Assembly: GCA_963931165.1 (NCBI GenBank)
Contig: OZ006985.1
Span: forward strand, 207,900 to 271,899
Length of the DNA: 64,000 nucleotides
Source of the DNA: an uncultured Christensenellaceae bacterium
Lineage (GTDB): Bacteria > Bacillota > Clostridia > Christensenellales > UBA3700
Direction of reading: 5' to 3'
Shown here: one piece after another, positions 29,584 to 39,305 of the stretch
Numbering within the stretch: position 1 is the first letter of the stretch
Layout: every line of letters starts with the position of its first letter
Translations under genes and position numbers: made by a program
The notes under the pieces: model-generated
The model's database searches: none
Told to the model about the DNA's origin: nothing
The model's input: the letters and a program-made list of their open reading frames with translations, nothing else

Positions 29584-29636
29584 AGTTATCTCCTTGGACG
29601 GCAGCTCCGTCCGTATGATAAAATTTTCACGCTCAT

Positions 29637-29666
29637 ATTATATCATTGCGCGCAAACTTTTTACAA
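29637..29666 (-). promoter_or_regulatory. putative pgk-tpiA promoter
   Basis: Minus strand reads TTGTAA (29661-29666), 18 nt, TGaTATAAT (-10 at 29637-29642). Confidence 0.4.
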
Positions 29667-29782
29667 GTATATATGCGTAAATGTTTTGTCAAAATGACGT
29701 AAAGCGAAGCGGAGAGACCTCCGCCTCTCCGCCGAAATCCGCAGACGGACATATCGACGATATATCCGATATTTTTATTTTA

Positions 29783-29800
29783 TTCCCATTTTAGTGGGAA
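29783..29800. promoter_or_regulatory. operator-like palindrome 1
   Basis: TTCCCA-ttttag-TGGGAA. Confidence 0.5.
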
Positions 29801-29811
29801 GTCAACTAAAA

Positions 29812-29829
29812 TTCCCAATTTTGTGGGAA
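29812..29829. promoter_or_regulatory. operator-like palindrome 2
   Basis: TTCCCA-attttg-TGGGAA, 29 bp centre-to-centre from site 1 and 10 nt upstream of the XRE start codon. Confidence 0.5.
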
Positions 29830-29838
29830 GATAGTTAT

Positions 29839-30045
29839 ATGGACACAACATTCGGGGAACGATTGAGAGAATTGCGCAAAGAGGCGGGGCTTGGACAGAT
29901 CGCCCTCGCCGAAAAGCTGGGTGTGGGCAAGTCTGTGATCAGCCTTTGGGAGTTGAACAAATGTGAGCCGACTCTGTCCAACCTCGTCGCGATCGCGCGC
30001 TTTTTTGACGTGTCGCTCGACTGGCTGGCGGGGCTTGAGGACTGA
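29839..30045 (+). CDS. XRE-family helix-turn-helix transcriptional regulator (68 aa)
   Basis: FGERLRELRKEAGLGQIALAEKLGVGKSVISLWELNKCEPTLSNLVAIARFFDVSLDWL. ATG 29839 preferred over the listed GTG 29794, which lies inside the operator repeats. Confidence 0.7.
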   Translation: MDTTFGERLRELRKEAGLGQIALAEKLGVGKSVISLWELNKCEPTLSNLVAIARFFDVSLDWLAGLED

Positions 30046-30139
30046 ACGCCCGTCCGACAAACGTACGGCGCTGCGTCGCTTTTTTGCAAAAAATCGGGAC
30101 CGAAATTTTGGTCCCTTTGTCGTCTTTCGTTTTGCGCAA

Positions 30140-30655
30140 TCAAATGCGGTAGACCCAATCGCTCTTGCGCGGCTTGGGCGCGGCGATCTCGCCGTCAGGA
30201 TAGCCGAGCGCGACGTGTCCGACGCCGACATATTCGCCCTCTATGCCCAGCTTCGCGAGCAACTTTTTGCCCCACTCGCCCTCAAGCTCTTCCTTTGCGC
30301 GGTGGATCCAGCACGAACCGACTCCGAGCGACCACGCGGCGTTCATCAGGTTGGAGATCACGCATGTGCCGTCATACACGTCGGTCGGGCGCTTTTTGGC
30401 GGCGACGAGCAAGATCACCGGCGCGCCGTAAAACGGATCGCCGTCTCTGCCCGCGATCTCGGCGTTGAGTTCGGACACCTCGGCGCGCACCTCGGGGTCG
30501 GTGATCACGATGATGATCGGGCTTTGCTGCCCCATGCCGGTGGGCGCGTACATGCCCGCCGTCAAGATCTCGTCCAACACCTTTTCGGGGACGGGATCGC
30601 TCTTGAATTTGCGAACGCTGCGACGCGTCGTCAACACTTTTATAGTCTCGTTCAT
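30140..30655 (-). CDS. nitroreductase-family protein
   Basis: LTTRRSVRKFKSDPV..ILTAGMYAPTGMGQQ..SCWI, 171 aa from ATG 30653-30655. Confidence 0.85.
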   Translation of the reverse strand: MNETIKVLTTRRSVRKFKSDPVPEKVLDEILTAGMYAPTGMGQQSPIIIVITDPEVRAEVSELNAEIAGRDGDPFYGAPVILLVAAKKRPTDVYDGTCVISNLMNAAWSLGVGSCWIHRAKEELEGEWGKKLLAKLGIEGEYVGVGHVALGYPDGEIAAPKPRKSDWVYRI

Positions 30656-31221
30656 ATGTCCTCCTGGCGATGAGATCGCACGATCTTGAGAATTTTCTTT
30701 TTGAGTTTTTGCAAAGACGTATCGACTTTTTTGACCGTAACACCCAAGACTCCAGCGATCTCCTTGTAGCTTTTGCCTGCAAGATAGAGGTTGAGCAGCG
30801 CCTTTTCGTCGTCCGAAAATCCGCTGTCCAAAGCCTTGGCGAGATCGCGTCCGCTCTCGCGCGATATCGCGATCTCCTCCGCGCTCATTCCCGCGCCGAG
30901 CAACTCGTCCGCGTCGGCAAGAGGGATATACCCGTTGAGCGCCTTGTGCTTGTCGCGGTTTGCGGACTTGATGACGTCGAGCAGTCTGTTCTTGACGCAT
31001 CCGGCGGCGTATGCGGCGAACGCGCCGCTCTCGGGGCGATAGGTCTTGATCGCGCGATAGAGGGCGATCATCCCCTCTTGCGCGAGGTCTTCCGAATCTC
31101 CGCCGACGAGAAAATAGCGGCGCACATTTGCGGTCACAATGCTCTTGTAACACGCCAAAAGCGTCTCGACCGCTCCTTCGTCGCCGTCTGCCGCGAGCGC
31201 GAACAATTGCTCTTCGCTCAC
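30652..31221 (-). CDS. sigH: sigma-70 family sigma factor, SigH-like
   Basis: Region 2 DLAQEGMIALYRAIKTY and region 4 SYKEIAGVLGVTVKKVDTSLQKLKKK. GTG start 7 nt after GGAGG. Lies downstream of rlmB as in the Bacillus mrnC-rlmB-(yacP)-sigH order. Confidence 0.65.
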   Translation of the reverse strand: MSEEQLFALAADGDEGAVETLLACYKSIVTANVRRYFLVGGDSEDLAQEGMIALYRAIKTYRPESGAFAAYAAGCVKNRLLDVIKSANRDKHKALNGYIPLADADELLGAGMSAEEIAISRESGRDLAKALDSGFSDDEKALLNLYLAGKSYKEIAGVLGVTVKKVDTSLQKLKKKILKIVRSHRQEDI

Positions 31222-31943
31222 TTCATGCCTCCGCGCGCGCGGACCGCCTCGTAGCACAATATGCCGCAGGCGACGGACGCATTGAGCGAGTTGACCTTGC
31301 CGAACTGCGGGATGGACAGCGACTTGTCGCACAGCTTTGCGGTGAGGCGCGACACCCCGCTGCCCTCTCCGCCGATGACCAGCGCGATCGCGCCCGAATA
31401 GTCTGCCCCGTACATCGGCTCGCCGCTCATATCGGCGCAATAGACCTTGAAAAATTCCTCTTTGAGACGGCGTATCGCGTCGTTGACGTTGCCCACCTTT
31501 GCGACCTTGACATGCGCCGCCGCGCCGGCGGACACGCGGATCACCGTCGCGTTGACGGACGCACTGCGGCGAGACGGAATGATGACCCCGTCCACGCCCG
31601 CGCACTCGGCGACGCGCAGTATGCTGCCGAGATTGTGCGGATCCTCGACGCCGTCCAGAACGAGCAGAAAAGGCGCGGCGTCTTTGCCTCTGTTCAGCGC
31701 GGCGAGCTGTTCGAAATCGGTATATTCAAACTCCTCCCCGACCGCGATCACGCCCTGATGGCGCACCCCTTCGGACAGCCTGTCCAAAGCCTGTCTCTCT
31801 TCGAAACGCACGGGCACGCGCCTCTCGCGCGCGGCGGACACGAGTTTGTCCATGTCGTGCGCGCCCTTGGCGACGTAAAGTTGCTTGATCGCTACACCTG
31901 CCGAGAGCGCCTCGGCGACGGCGTTTTTGCCGGCTATGATCAT
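31218..31943 (-). CDS. rlmB: 23S rRNA (guanosine-2'-O)-methyltransferase RlmB/TrmH family
   Basis: GKNAV.EAL..HQGV.A..LDGV.DPHNLGSILR.A...G...VI..GGEG.G.S..SLNASVA. Start at MIIAGKN (31941-31943). Confidence 0.85.
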   Translation of the reverse strand: MIIAGKNAVAEALSAGVAIKQLYVAKGAHDMDKLVSAARERRVPVRFEERQALDRLSEGVRHQGVIAVGEEFEYTDFEQLAALNRGKDAAPFLLVLDGVEDPHNLGSILRVAECAGVDGVIIPSRRSASVNATVIRVSAGAAAHVKVAKVGNVNDAIRRLKEEFFKVYCADMSGEPMYGADYSGAIALVIGGEGSGVSRLTAKLCDKSLSIPQFGKVNSLNASVACGILCYEAVRARGGMK

Positions 31944-32671
31944 TTGAGCTCCTTTCTGCGCGCGCGGACTTCGTCGGGCTTGCCGCACGACATCTTGCCC
32001 TCCGAGCACGGACCGGACACGCAGGACGGACCGCTTGCCGAGAACAGCATCGGCGCGACTTCGCTGACGAGAGCGAGCATCTGCCATGCGACCTCGCGGA
32101 TCTCCCACTGCGCGCGGTTGCAGCAGCGCAGACGGAAAAAGTGCATCAATTCGCGCGCGTTCATCGTAACGACCATCCTGGTCTCCGCGGCGTTGGGCAG
32201 CACAAAACGCGCGTCCTCGTTGGACTTTTCGCACGCGCCGCCGAGCAGCGTCTGCCACTCCGAGTACCAGCCCTGTATCTCGTCCATCTGTGCGCGGAAC
32301 TTGGCGGCGTATTCTTCGCCGAGCGCCTCGATCGCCGGGGGGATGACATAGTTGAACGTCTCCTCTCCGCTTGCCGAGACATAGCGCTGGGACTTGACCG
32401 AAAAGCTCGCGATGCGGTGGCGTGTGATCTGCGCGAGCAGAGCGCGCGACACACCCTCGATGCCGAACGTGAACGAAGCGTGTTCGATGGGCGACAGATG
32501 GCTCATCGAGACGAGACGCTGCAAAAATTTGGACACGTCCTTGCTGTCCACGCCCTGTTTGAGATCGCCGATGTCGGCGTCGCTGTAACAGAGTTTCGCG
32601 GCGAGCGCGACCACCTTTTCGGGGTCGGGCGTATAGTCGAGCAAGACTACTTTCGGTTTGACTTGGGGCAT
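31940..32671 (-). CDS. thyX: FAD-dependent thymidylate synthase ThyX
   Basis: ITRHRIASFSVKSQRY (RHRxxSxxxxSQR motif). Cys-rich C-terminal tail. Confidence 0.9.
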   Translation of the reverse strand: MPQVKPKVVLLDYTPDPEKVVALAAKLCYSDADIGDLKQGVDSKDVSKFLQRLVSMSHLSPIEHASFTFGIEGVSRALLAQITRHRIASFSVKSQRYVSASGEETFNYVIPPAIEALGEEYAAKFRAQMDEIQGWYSEWQTLLGGACEKSNEDARFVLPNAAETRMVVTMNARELMHFFRLRCCNRAQWEIREVAWQMLALVSEVAPMLFSASGPSCVSGPCSEGKMSCGKPDEVRARRKELK

Positions 32672-32730
32672 AGTGACTCCTTTGCGCGCATGCGCATCAT
32701 TTGTATGATTCTATGATATACCGAAATCGC

Positions 32731-32755
32731 AAAAAAAGCAACCCAAACGGGTCGC
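32731..32755 (-). terminator. intrinsic terminator after mrnC
   Basis: Minus strand reads GCGACCC-gttt-GGGTTGC followed by T7, directly after the mrnC stop. Confidence 0.6.
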
Positions 32756-33181
32756 TCAATCGGAACAAACGTCAAACGCCGCATCGAGCAGCTCGTCCAG
32801 CCTGTCCGTCCTGCCTGTGAGATAGAGAAAGCCGAACACCGCCTCGAGCCCCGTCGCCGAGTGATATTCGGCGATGGACGCGTGCTTTGCCGCGCTTCCG
32901 ACATGAGAGTTGCGCGCCCTCAAAAAGATCGCTCTCTCCTCGTCGTCAAACCTCTCGTTGAGCGCGGCTGCCGCCTTCGCCTGCGAAGTCGCCCTCGCCT
33001 GCCCCGAGACGAGCGTGTGCAATTTGCCCGCCTTTGCGTGCGACGACGACGCCAGCCTTGCCCGCAGATAGAGCATCTGTACGCCGTCGCCGACATAGGC
33101 GAGCACGAGCGGATTGAGCTCGCGCGCCTCTGCGGGCGTCAACGCCTTGCCAAAGCGCGGCGAAAACCCGTCAAGCGCCAT
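32756..33181 (-). CDS. mrnC: mini-ribonuclease III
   Basis: LNPLVLAYVGDGV..RARN.....AK.A....Y..ATGLEAVFGFLYL. Start at MALDGF (33179-33181). Confidence 0.85.
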   Translation of the reverse strand: MALDGFSPRFGKALTPAEARELNPLVLAYVGDGVQMLYLRARLASSSHAKAGKLHTLVSGQARATSQAKAAAALNERFDDEERAIFLRARNSHVGSAAKHASIAEYHSATGLEAVFGFLYLTGRTDRLDELLDAAFDVCSD

Positions 33182-33827
33182 ATTTCGACTTGAAGTAGTC
33201 GAAGAGCAACTCGTCGCTGTAAGTCTTTTGACCGGTCGCTTCGAGCGTCTTTTGCTCGATGTACTGCTTGCAGCTGCGCTCCATGATACGGATGATCTCG
33301 AACGCCTCGTCCATATCCCTGCCGGCGCAGAACACGCCGTGGTTTGCCATAAAGCAGGCGTTGCGCCCCTGCATAGCGGCGACGGTGCCGTTGCGCAGCT
33401 TTTTGGTGCCGGGCAGCCCGTACGCGCCGACGCGTGCACTGCCGCCGACGAGTTTTTGCATCTCGTCGCTCATCACCGGCAGTTCGATGCGAGCGGACGC
33501 GAACACAGAGCACCACACCGGATGCGAGTGGATGGTCGCGTTGATCTCGGAACGCGCCGCCATGATCGCCGCGTGTATCTTGCGCTCGCTGGTCGGTTTT
33601 TTGCCGTCGCTCCAGACGGACGGATCGCTGATCTGCACGATCGGCATGTCCTCGGGCTGCAATGCGACATAGTCGAGCCCCGTCGGGGTGACGAGCATGT
33701 GATCGTCGTCAAGCCTGACCGCGGTGTTGCCCCAAGTGCCCTGCACGAGGTTCTCGGCAAGCAGCGCGACGCCGCTGTCCTTGATCACTTGACGCAGTCT
33801 CTTTTCTTCCTCTTTGTCCCATGCCAT
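33171..33827 (-). CDS. class II aldolase/adducin-family protein
   Basis: GTWGNTAVRLDDDHMLVTPTGLDY..IHSHP..ANHGVFCAGRDMDEAF. Confidence 0.8.
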   Translation of the reverse strand: MAWDKEEEKRLRQVIKDSGVALLAENLVQGTWGNTAVRLDDDHMLVTPTGLDYVALQPEDMPIVQISDPSVWSDGKKPTSERKIHAAIMAARSEINATIHSHPVWCSVFASARIELPVMSDEMQKLVGGSARVGAYGLPGTKKLRNGTVAAMQGRNACFMANHGVFCAGRDMDEAFEIIRIMERSCKQYIEQKTLEATGQKTYSDELLFDYFKSKYGA

Positions 33828-33828
33828 A

Positions 33829-34452
33829 TCAGTCGCCCTCCCTTTGGGAAATGTTCTCTTGGTTGGTCTTGCTGTACTTCTTCTTGTAGACGAAGCGCAT
33901 CAGCTTGGCTTCGAGCGTGTTGATGACCTTGCAACCGCCGACCACACTGCCGCAGACAAAGACGTGCGCCGCCTTGTCGAGCACGAGCGCACAGGTGTAC
34001 GCCTCGTCCATCGTGCGACCCGAAGTCAACGCGCCGCCGCCGGCTATGAGGCAGGAATTGCGCCCCTTGACCGCCTTGATCACGTCGGCGACTTCCGCGC
34101 TCTTGCTCGTCTTGCAGGTCGTGCCGACGATCTGAGCCATGTCGTCGATGACCGCCGGAATGGTCGCCTTCGCCTCTGCGACAGCGCGCACATACGCGGG
34201 GTGAGTGATCATGACCGCGTTGATGTCCTCGCGCGTCGCGAACAACTCGCCGAGCAGAGCGTTCTGTCCCGAACGGTCGTCCGCCTTGACTTCGACCAAC
34301 TTGTCCTCGGTCAGCTCCGCAAACGGCGCGGCGTTCTTTACAAAGCCGCCCTTGGAGCGCATCGCGATGACGTCGCCGTCGCCGCAAAGCCTTTCCGAAA
34401 CCGCCTTTTGCGCATAGTCGCACATGGTGGCGGCGAGCTTTTTGTCAATCAT
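33829..34452 (-). CDS. class II aldolase/adducin-family protein (second paralog)
   Basis: Same fold pattern: ITHPAY..IAGGGALTSGRTMDEAY. Confidence 0.75.
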   Translation of the reverse strand: MIDKKLAATMCDYAQKAVSERLCGDGDVIAMRSKGGFVKNAAPFAELTEDKLVEVKADDRSGQNALLGELFATREDINAVMITHPAYVRAVAEAKATIPAVIDDMAQIVGTTCKTSKSAEVADVIKAVKGRNSCLIAGGGALTSGRTMDEAYTCALVLDKAAHVFVCGSVVGGCKVINTLEAKLMRFVYKKKYSKTNQENISQREGD

Positions 34453-35986
34453 CTTCTCCTCCTCCGAACCTCAGCGCGTTCGCCTTGTAGTAGGTGCGTT
34501 TGAGGCTCTTGTAAAGTCGTTTGTAGGTGGCGAACATCTCGTCGTAGATGTAGCCGTTCGCCGGGTTGGGGCGATAGGTCTTGTTTTCTTTGACGAACTG
34601 TTTGGCGCTCTCAAAGCTCTCGAGTTCGCCAAGTCCGATCAGCGCGATGATCGCCGCGCCCAAAGCGCCGGCGTTGCGCGGATTGTCTACGACCGCAAAC
34701 TCCGCGCGCGTGATATCCGCGATGATCTGCATCCACGCGTCGTCGAGCGCGCCTCCGCCTATGATGCGGAATTGGCGGCAGTGGAAGCCGTAATCCTTCT
34801 CGAAATTCTCGAGGATCCATCTCAGATTGTAGCCGATCCCCTCGTAGACTGCGCGCATAAGATGCTCGCGGGTATGTTCGGGTCCGATGTTGAAAAGCGT
34901 CGCCCTCGTGGTCGTCGACGACACCGGACATCTCTCGCCCAACATCCACGGCGTGCACAACAGGTGGTCGGACCCGGGTGGAATGGTCTCGATGACCTTG
35001 TCCATATAGGAATAGATGCCATCGCCGAGTTCCTTTTGCTCCTGACGGAAGAATTGGTCGATCAGCCACTGTATGTTGCTGCCCGCCGCCTCGGTGATGC
35101 CGACGATGAGGTTCATGTTGATGTCCGCGCTCTGTATCGCGGACGCGCCGTGCTTGAACTGCGTCTTGTCCCTGGATGCGGCGCCTACCCACGCGGAAGT
35201 GCCGAGATAGATGTGGATGTCGCCGTCGCTGTTCATGCCCGAACCTATGCACGCGCTCTGCGTGTCGTCGCAGCCGCCGAACACCGGCGTACCGGGCTTG
35301 AGTCCCATCTCCTGCGCCGCCTGTTCGGTCAATCCCGAGCCGATCTGATCGGTGCTCTTGACGAGCGGCGGCAGCTTTTTCATGTCAAGCCCCGTCAGCG
35401 ACAGCACGGACATCCATTGCTTCTTTTTGAGGTCGAGCCCATAGCTGGACGCGCCGCTGTATTCGGCGACCATTTCGCCCGTGCACTTGAACTTGAGATA
35501 GCCGTTGACGTCGAGGAAATACTTGGTGCTGTTGTAGACGTCGGGGCGCTCTTCTTTGAGCCAGATCAGCTTGGCGACGACGTCCTTGCCCATGATCGGC
35601 GTACCGGCGACGAGAGTGAACAGCCTCTTGCCGCCGAGCTTGCGCATGATCGAACGCGCCTGTTTCTCCGCCCTGCCGTCGACCCAAGTGATGTTGTTGT
35701 GCAGCACGTTGCCCCATTGATCGATGGGGATGATGCCCATCGCCTGCGTCGAAAAGACTATGCCCTTGACCTCGTCCGGCTTGATGCCCGACTGCTCAAC
35801 GACGGCGCGCGTCGCCTTGCAGACCGCCTCCCAATATTCCGCCGGATCCTGTTCGACGAAACTCGGGCTGGGGTAATAGGTCGGATAGGGCGCGGTGTTT
35901 GTCGCGACGATCTTGCCTTCAAAGTCGACGAGGACCGCCTTGTCCGAACTTGTGCCCATGTCGTGGGCGATGATATACTTTCCCAT
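34445..35986 (-). CDS. FGGY-family carbohydrate kinase
   Basis: MGKYIIAHDMGTSSDKAVLVD..GGCDDTQSA..IGGGA, 513 aa. Confidence 0.85.
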   Translation of the reverse strand: MGKYIIAHDMGTSSDKAVLVDFEGKIVATNTAPYPTYYPSPSFVEQDPAEYWEAVCKATRAVVEQSGIKPDEVKGIVFSTQAMGIIPIDQWGNVLHNNITWVDGRAEKQARSIMRKLGGKRLFTLVAGTPIMGKDVVAKLIWLKEERPDVYNSTKYFLDVNGYLKFKCTGEMVAEYSGASSYGLDLKKKQWMSVLSLTGLDMKKLPPLVKSTDQIGSGLTEQAAQEMGLKPGTPVFGGCDDTQSACIGSGMNSDGDIHIYLGTSAWVGAASRDKTQFKHGASAIQSADINMNLIVGITEAAGSNIQWLIDQFFRQEQKELGDGIYSYMDKVIETIPPGSDHLLCTPWMLGERCPVSSTTTRATLFNIGPEHTREHLMRAVYEGIGYNLRWILENFEKDYGFHCRQFRIIGGGALDDAWMQIIADITRAEFAVVDNPRNAGALGAAIIALIGLGELESFESAKQFVKENKTYRPNPANGYIYDEMFATYKRLYKSLKRTYYKANALRFGGGEDD

Positions 35987-36075
35987 AATTCACCTTTGCG
36001 GATCCCCGCTTATAATTCGAAAAAGGGGTCGCTCGTGCGCTTTTGCACACGGGCAACCCCGGTCCCTATCTTAGA

Positions 36076-37674
36076 TTATTGATTCTTTCTCGCGGCGATC
36101 GCGGCAGCCTTTTTCGCCTCTTTCTCGGCGCGATATCTCTCGACCTGCTTCTCCATCGGCTCGGTGCGCTCCTTGACGAGAGCGAACACTTGGTCGAACT
36201 TGCCGAGCGCGTCGTCGATGACCTCGTCGGTGTCCGCCATCGAGGTATACAGTCTGCTGCCGGCGAGGGTGACGATGCCGTGCGACATATACGCCGCGCC
36301 CATGTGCTCCATCGCCTCTTTGCGGACCATGATCATGTCCTTCATCTTGAGCACGCTGAGCAGCTTGAGGATGTTCATCGACGAGAAGTCGTAGCTCATC
36401 GCGCCGGTGCATTCGAGGTGGACGATCGAGCCTTGGTTGTACGCGACATAGGGCAGCTCATACTTTTCGATCAACTTGACGAGCCCGTCGGTCAATCTGT
36501 CGCCGGCGCGTCCCGCCTTGACGCAGGCGTCGTTCTTTGCGATCTCCTTGATCGCGACATAGCCTGCCATCGCAGACAGCGGGTTAGCCGCCAAAGTACC
36601 GCCGACGTAAGCCTTCTTCGCGCCGCCGGCAACGCCCGCCGCCATCAGGTCGACGAGGTCGCGTCTGCCGCCTACGCCGCCCGCAGCGGGATAGCCGCCC
36701 GCGACGATCTTGCCGAAGATGGTCAAGTCGGGTCTCACGTCGAACAGACCCTGCGCGCCGCCGAGACCAACTCTGAATCCGGTGACGACTTCGTCGAAGA
36801 TGAAGATGCAGCCGTACTTGTCGCACAGTGCCCTGACGCCCTTGTTGTAGTCCCAATCGACGGGTCTGGTGCCCGATTCGGGTCCGACCGGCTCGACGAT
36901 GACCGCAGCGGTACCGCCGCGCAGCTTGTTGAGTTTGAGATAGTCTTCAAGCATATTGAGGTCGTTGGGTCTGACCTCGTCGACGACGGAGAAGATGACG
37001 TTGGGGATGCCGAACGACTCGAGGAACTGTCTGGTGCCGGGCACTTTGAGTCCGTAGACCATCTGATCGGACCAGCCGTGATATGCGCCGCCGATCTTGA
37101 TGACTCTCTTCTTCTTGGTCGCGCATCTCGCGATACGGATCGCAGCCATGACCGACTCGGTGCCGCTTCCGAGCATACGGAATTTCTCGACATAGGGCAT
37201 ATGCTTGTTGATCTCCTTCGCGATCAGCAGTTCCGCCTCGTGGAACAGACCGGTGACGGGTCCGCACTCCTTGATCAGCTTGATCGCCTCTTCCTGCACC
37301 GCCGGGAAGTTGCTGCCCAAAATGGTCGGGCCGCCCGCCTGCAAGAAGTCGATGTACTTGTTGCCGTCGATGTCGGTGAGGTATGCCCCCTCCGCCTTGG
37401 TCATGCACATCGGGAAGGGCTTGTTGAAGGCGAGGTTGTGCTGAACGCCGCCCGGGATATACTTTTTGGCTTCCGCGGTGATCTCCTTGGACTTGGCGCA
37501 CTTGACGTCATAATATTCGGAGCATATCTTTTTGTATTCCTCTTCGGGAATGCTGTAAATATTCTTATCGGTGAGTTCTTTGAGACTTTGATTGATCTCT
37601 TGAGCGTTTGCCCAGCGCGTGACGCCGTAATGCGCCTCCGCCTTGCCGGGAAGAGCGGTATAAGTTACCTTCAT
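36076..37674 (-). CDS. class III (GSA-aminomutase-like) PLP-dependent aminotransferase with N-terminal extension
   Basis: GGVQHN..G.YL.DIDGNKYIDF..GSGTES.M.A.R.AR..T....IIK..G.YHG..DEV.TGFR. About 70 extra N-terminal residues. Confidence 0.8.
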   Translation of the reverse strand: MKVTYTALPGKAEAHYGVTRWANAQEINQSLKELTDKNIYSIPEEEYKKICSEYYDVKCAKSKEITAEAKKYIPGGVQHNLAFNKPFPMCMTKAEGAYLTDIDGNKYIDFLQAGGPTILGSNFPAVQEEAIKLIKECGPVTGLFHEAELLIAKEINKHMPYVEKFRMLGSGTESVMAAIRIARCATKKKRVIKIGGAYHGWSDQMVYGLKVPGTRQFLESFGIPNVIFSVVDEVRPNDLNMLEDYLKLNKLRGGTAAVIVEPVGPESGTRPVDWDYNKGVRALCDKYGCIFIFDEVVTGFRVGLGGAQGLFDVRPDLTIFGKIVAGGYPAAGGVGGRRDLVDLMAAGVAGGAKKAYVGGTLAANPLSAMAGYVAIKEIAKNDACVKAGRAGDRLTDGLVKLIEKYELPYVAYNQGSIVHLECTGAMSYDFSSMNILKLLSVLKMKDMIMVRKEAMEHMGAAYMSHGIVTLAGSRLYTSMADTDEVIDDALGKFDQVFALVKERTEPMEKQVERYRAEKEAKKAAAIAARKNQ

Positions 37675-37983
37675 AATTGCCTCCTTAAAGCCAAGATTTG
37701 GTTTATACGTCTATTTTATCACAACATTTTCGCGGGTGTCAATATTTATAATTTTTTTTTACGCCCCAAATGCGCCCGATAGGTGAATTAAGCTACAAAA
37801 ACGCCCCGTTGATGCATCAATTGCGCTTTTCGTCCGCCGGGAATTTCCTCCGGGTTTTCATGCCGCCTCAAACGGCGTCTCTGCGGCAAAAAAAATTAAA
37901 AAAGCGTGAAAAAGTTTAGACAAACACGTTGTCGCGGCGCAAGCCGTATGATATAATAATGAAAAAGCTTAAGGAGCAGGAAA

Positions 37984-39255
37984 ATGAACGAGAAACAAGA
38001 GTACGGCAAGTTCGTCTACGACTTTGCCGCAAAGGTGATCGACGCCACCGGTCCCCGTCTGCCGGGATCTCCCGAGGAGGCGCAGGGCGCCGCGATGATC
38101 GCGGACGAGCTCGAACGCATATCGGGCAAGCCGTCCACCGTCGAAAAGTTCACCATGGCGCCGCGCGCGTCTATCGCCGCGATCCCGATACTCGGGCTGC
38201 TCGGCATCATCTCTTTCGTGTTGTTTTATGTCTCGCCGATCGCGAGCCTTATCTCGACCGTGTTCACGCTGATCCTCGCGATCGTACAGGTCTTCACCTA
38301 CTCGGCGAAACTCGACTTTTTGTTCAAAAAAGAGCCGTCTCAAAACGTCTACAACACCTTTGAGCCGCTCAGCGGCAACGTCAAGCGCACGATCATACTC
38401 TCCGCGCACAACGACAGCAGCTGGTGCTGGCAGCTTTCGGTCAAAAACCCCAAGACCGCGATCCCCAAAACGGTGATCGGCGTGGTCAGCGTGCTGGCGA
38501 TCTTGGTGATGAGCGTGATCGCGCTCTGCCTCGGGATGTACAGCTTCCTCTACATCGGCGAGCTGGCGACCGCCGAAGAGTTGAGCGGAGTTCAGATCTT
38601 CTCGATCGTACTCTACATCCTGCCGGTGCTCTGCCTGCCCGGGTGCTATTGGCTGTGCCAATATGTGTCGTGGGACAAGTCCAAGGCGTCGCCGGGCGCG
38701 ATGGACAACTTGACGGGCACGGGACTCTATATTGCTCTGTTCAAATACTTTTATGCCAATCCCGAAAAGGCGCCTGCCGACTGCCGCATAATCGCCGCCG
38801 GCATGGGCGCGGAAGAGGCGAGCCTCAAAGGCGCGAAGGACTTCGTCAAGCGCCACAAGGGCGACCCGTCGCTGATGGGCGAACGCACCTATTTGCTCAA
38901 CCTCGATTCCTTCCGCGACCGCCCCTACTTCTCGGTGATCATGGGCGACGCGTGGCTGGGCTCCAAATTCGATCCCGATCTTCGCGACGTCGCGCTCAAA
39001 GTCATGAACGAGATGGGTCTTGAACCCAAGATCATGCTCAATCCGGCAGGCGGATGCGACTCCACCCCGTTCATTCGCGCGGGCGTCAAGACGATCACGC
39101 TGTGCGCGCAAAACCCGACGACGACGGAATACTACCACACCTTCAACGACACCATAGACGGGCTCGACCAAACGGTGCTTGAAGACGCGTTCGAAATGGT
39201 GCTGAAGATCGTCGACGAGACCGCAAAGATGGACGAAGCGAGACATTCGGACTGA
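37984..39255 (+). CDS. M28-family metallopeptidase with internal transmembrane segments
   Basis: GPRLPGSPEE..ILSAHNDSSW..GAEEASLKGAKDFV. Four hydrophobic helices lie between the catalytic halves. Confidence 0.7.
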   Translation: MNEKQEYGKFVYDFAAKVIDATGPRLPGSPEEAQGAAMIADELERISGKPSTVEKFTMAPRASIAAIPILGLLGIISFVLFYVSPIASLISTVFTLILAIVQVFTYSAKLDFLFKKEPSQNVYNTFEPLSGNVKRTIILSAHNDSSWCWQLSVKNPKTAIPKTVIGVVSVLAILVMSVIALCLGMYSFLYIGELATAEELSGVQIFSIVLYILPVLCLPGCYWLCQYVSWDKSKASPGAMDNLTGTGLYIALFKYFYANPEKAPADCRIIAAGMGAEEASLKGAKDFVKRHKGDPSLMGERTYLLNLDSFRDRPYFSVIMGDAWLGSKFDPDLRDVALKVMNEMGLEPKIMLNPAGGCDSTPFIRAGVKTITLCAQNPTTTEYYHTFNDTIDGLDQTVLEDAFEMVLKIVDETAKMDEARHSD

Positions 39256-39278
39256 GTCGACTGCAGCGCAAAATTTGT

Positions 39279-39305
39279 CCCCGAGGCTTGTCCTCGGGGC
39301 TTTTG
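39279..39305. terminator. intrinsic terminator between convergent genes
   Basis: CCCCGAGG-cttgt-CCTCGGGG followed by CTTTT. Confidence 0.65.
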
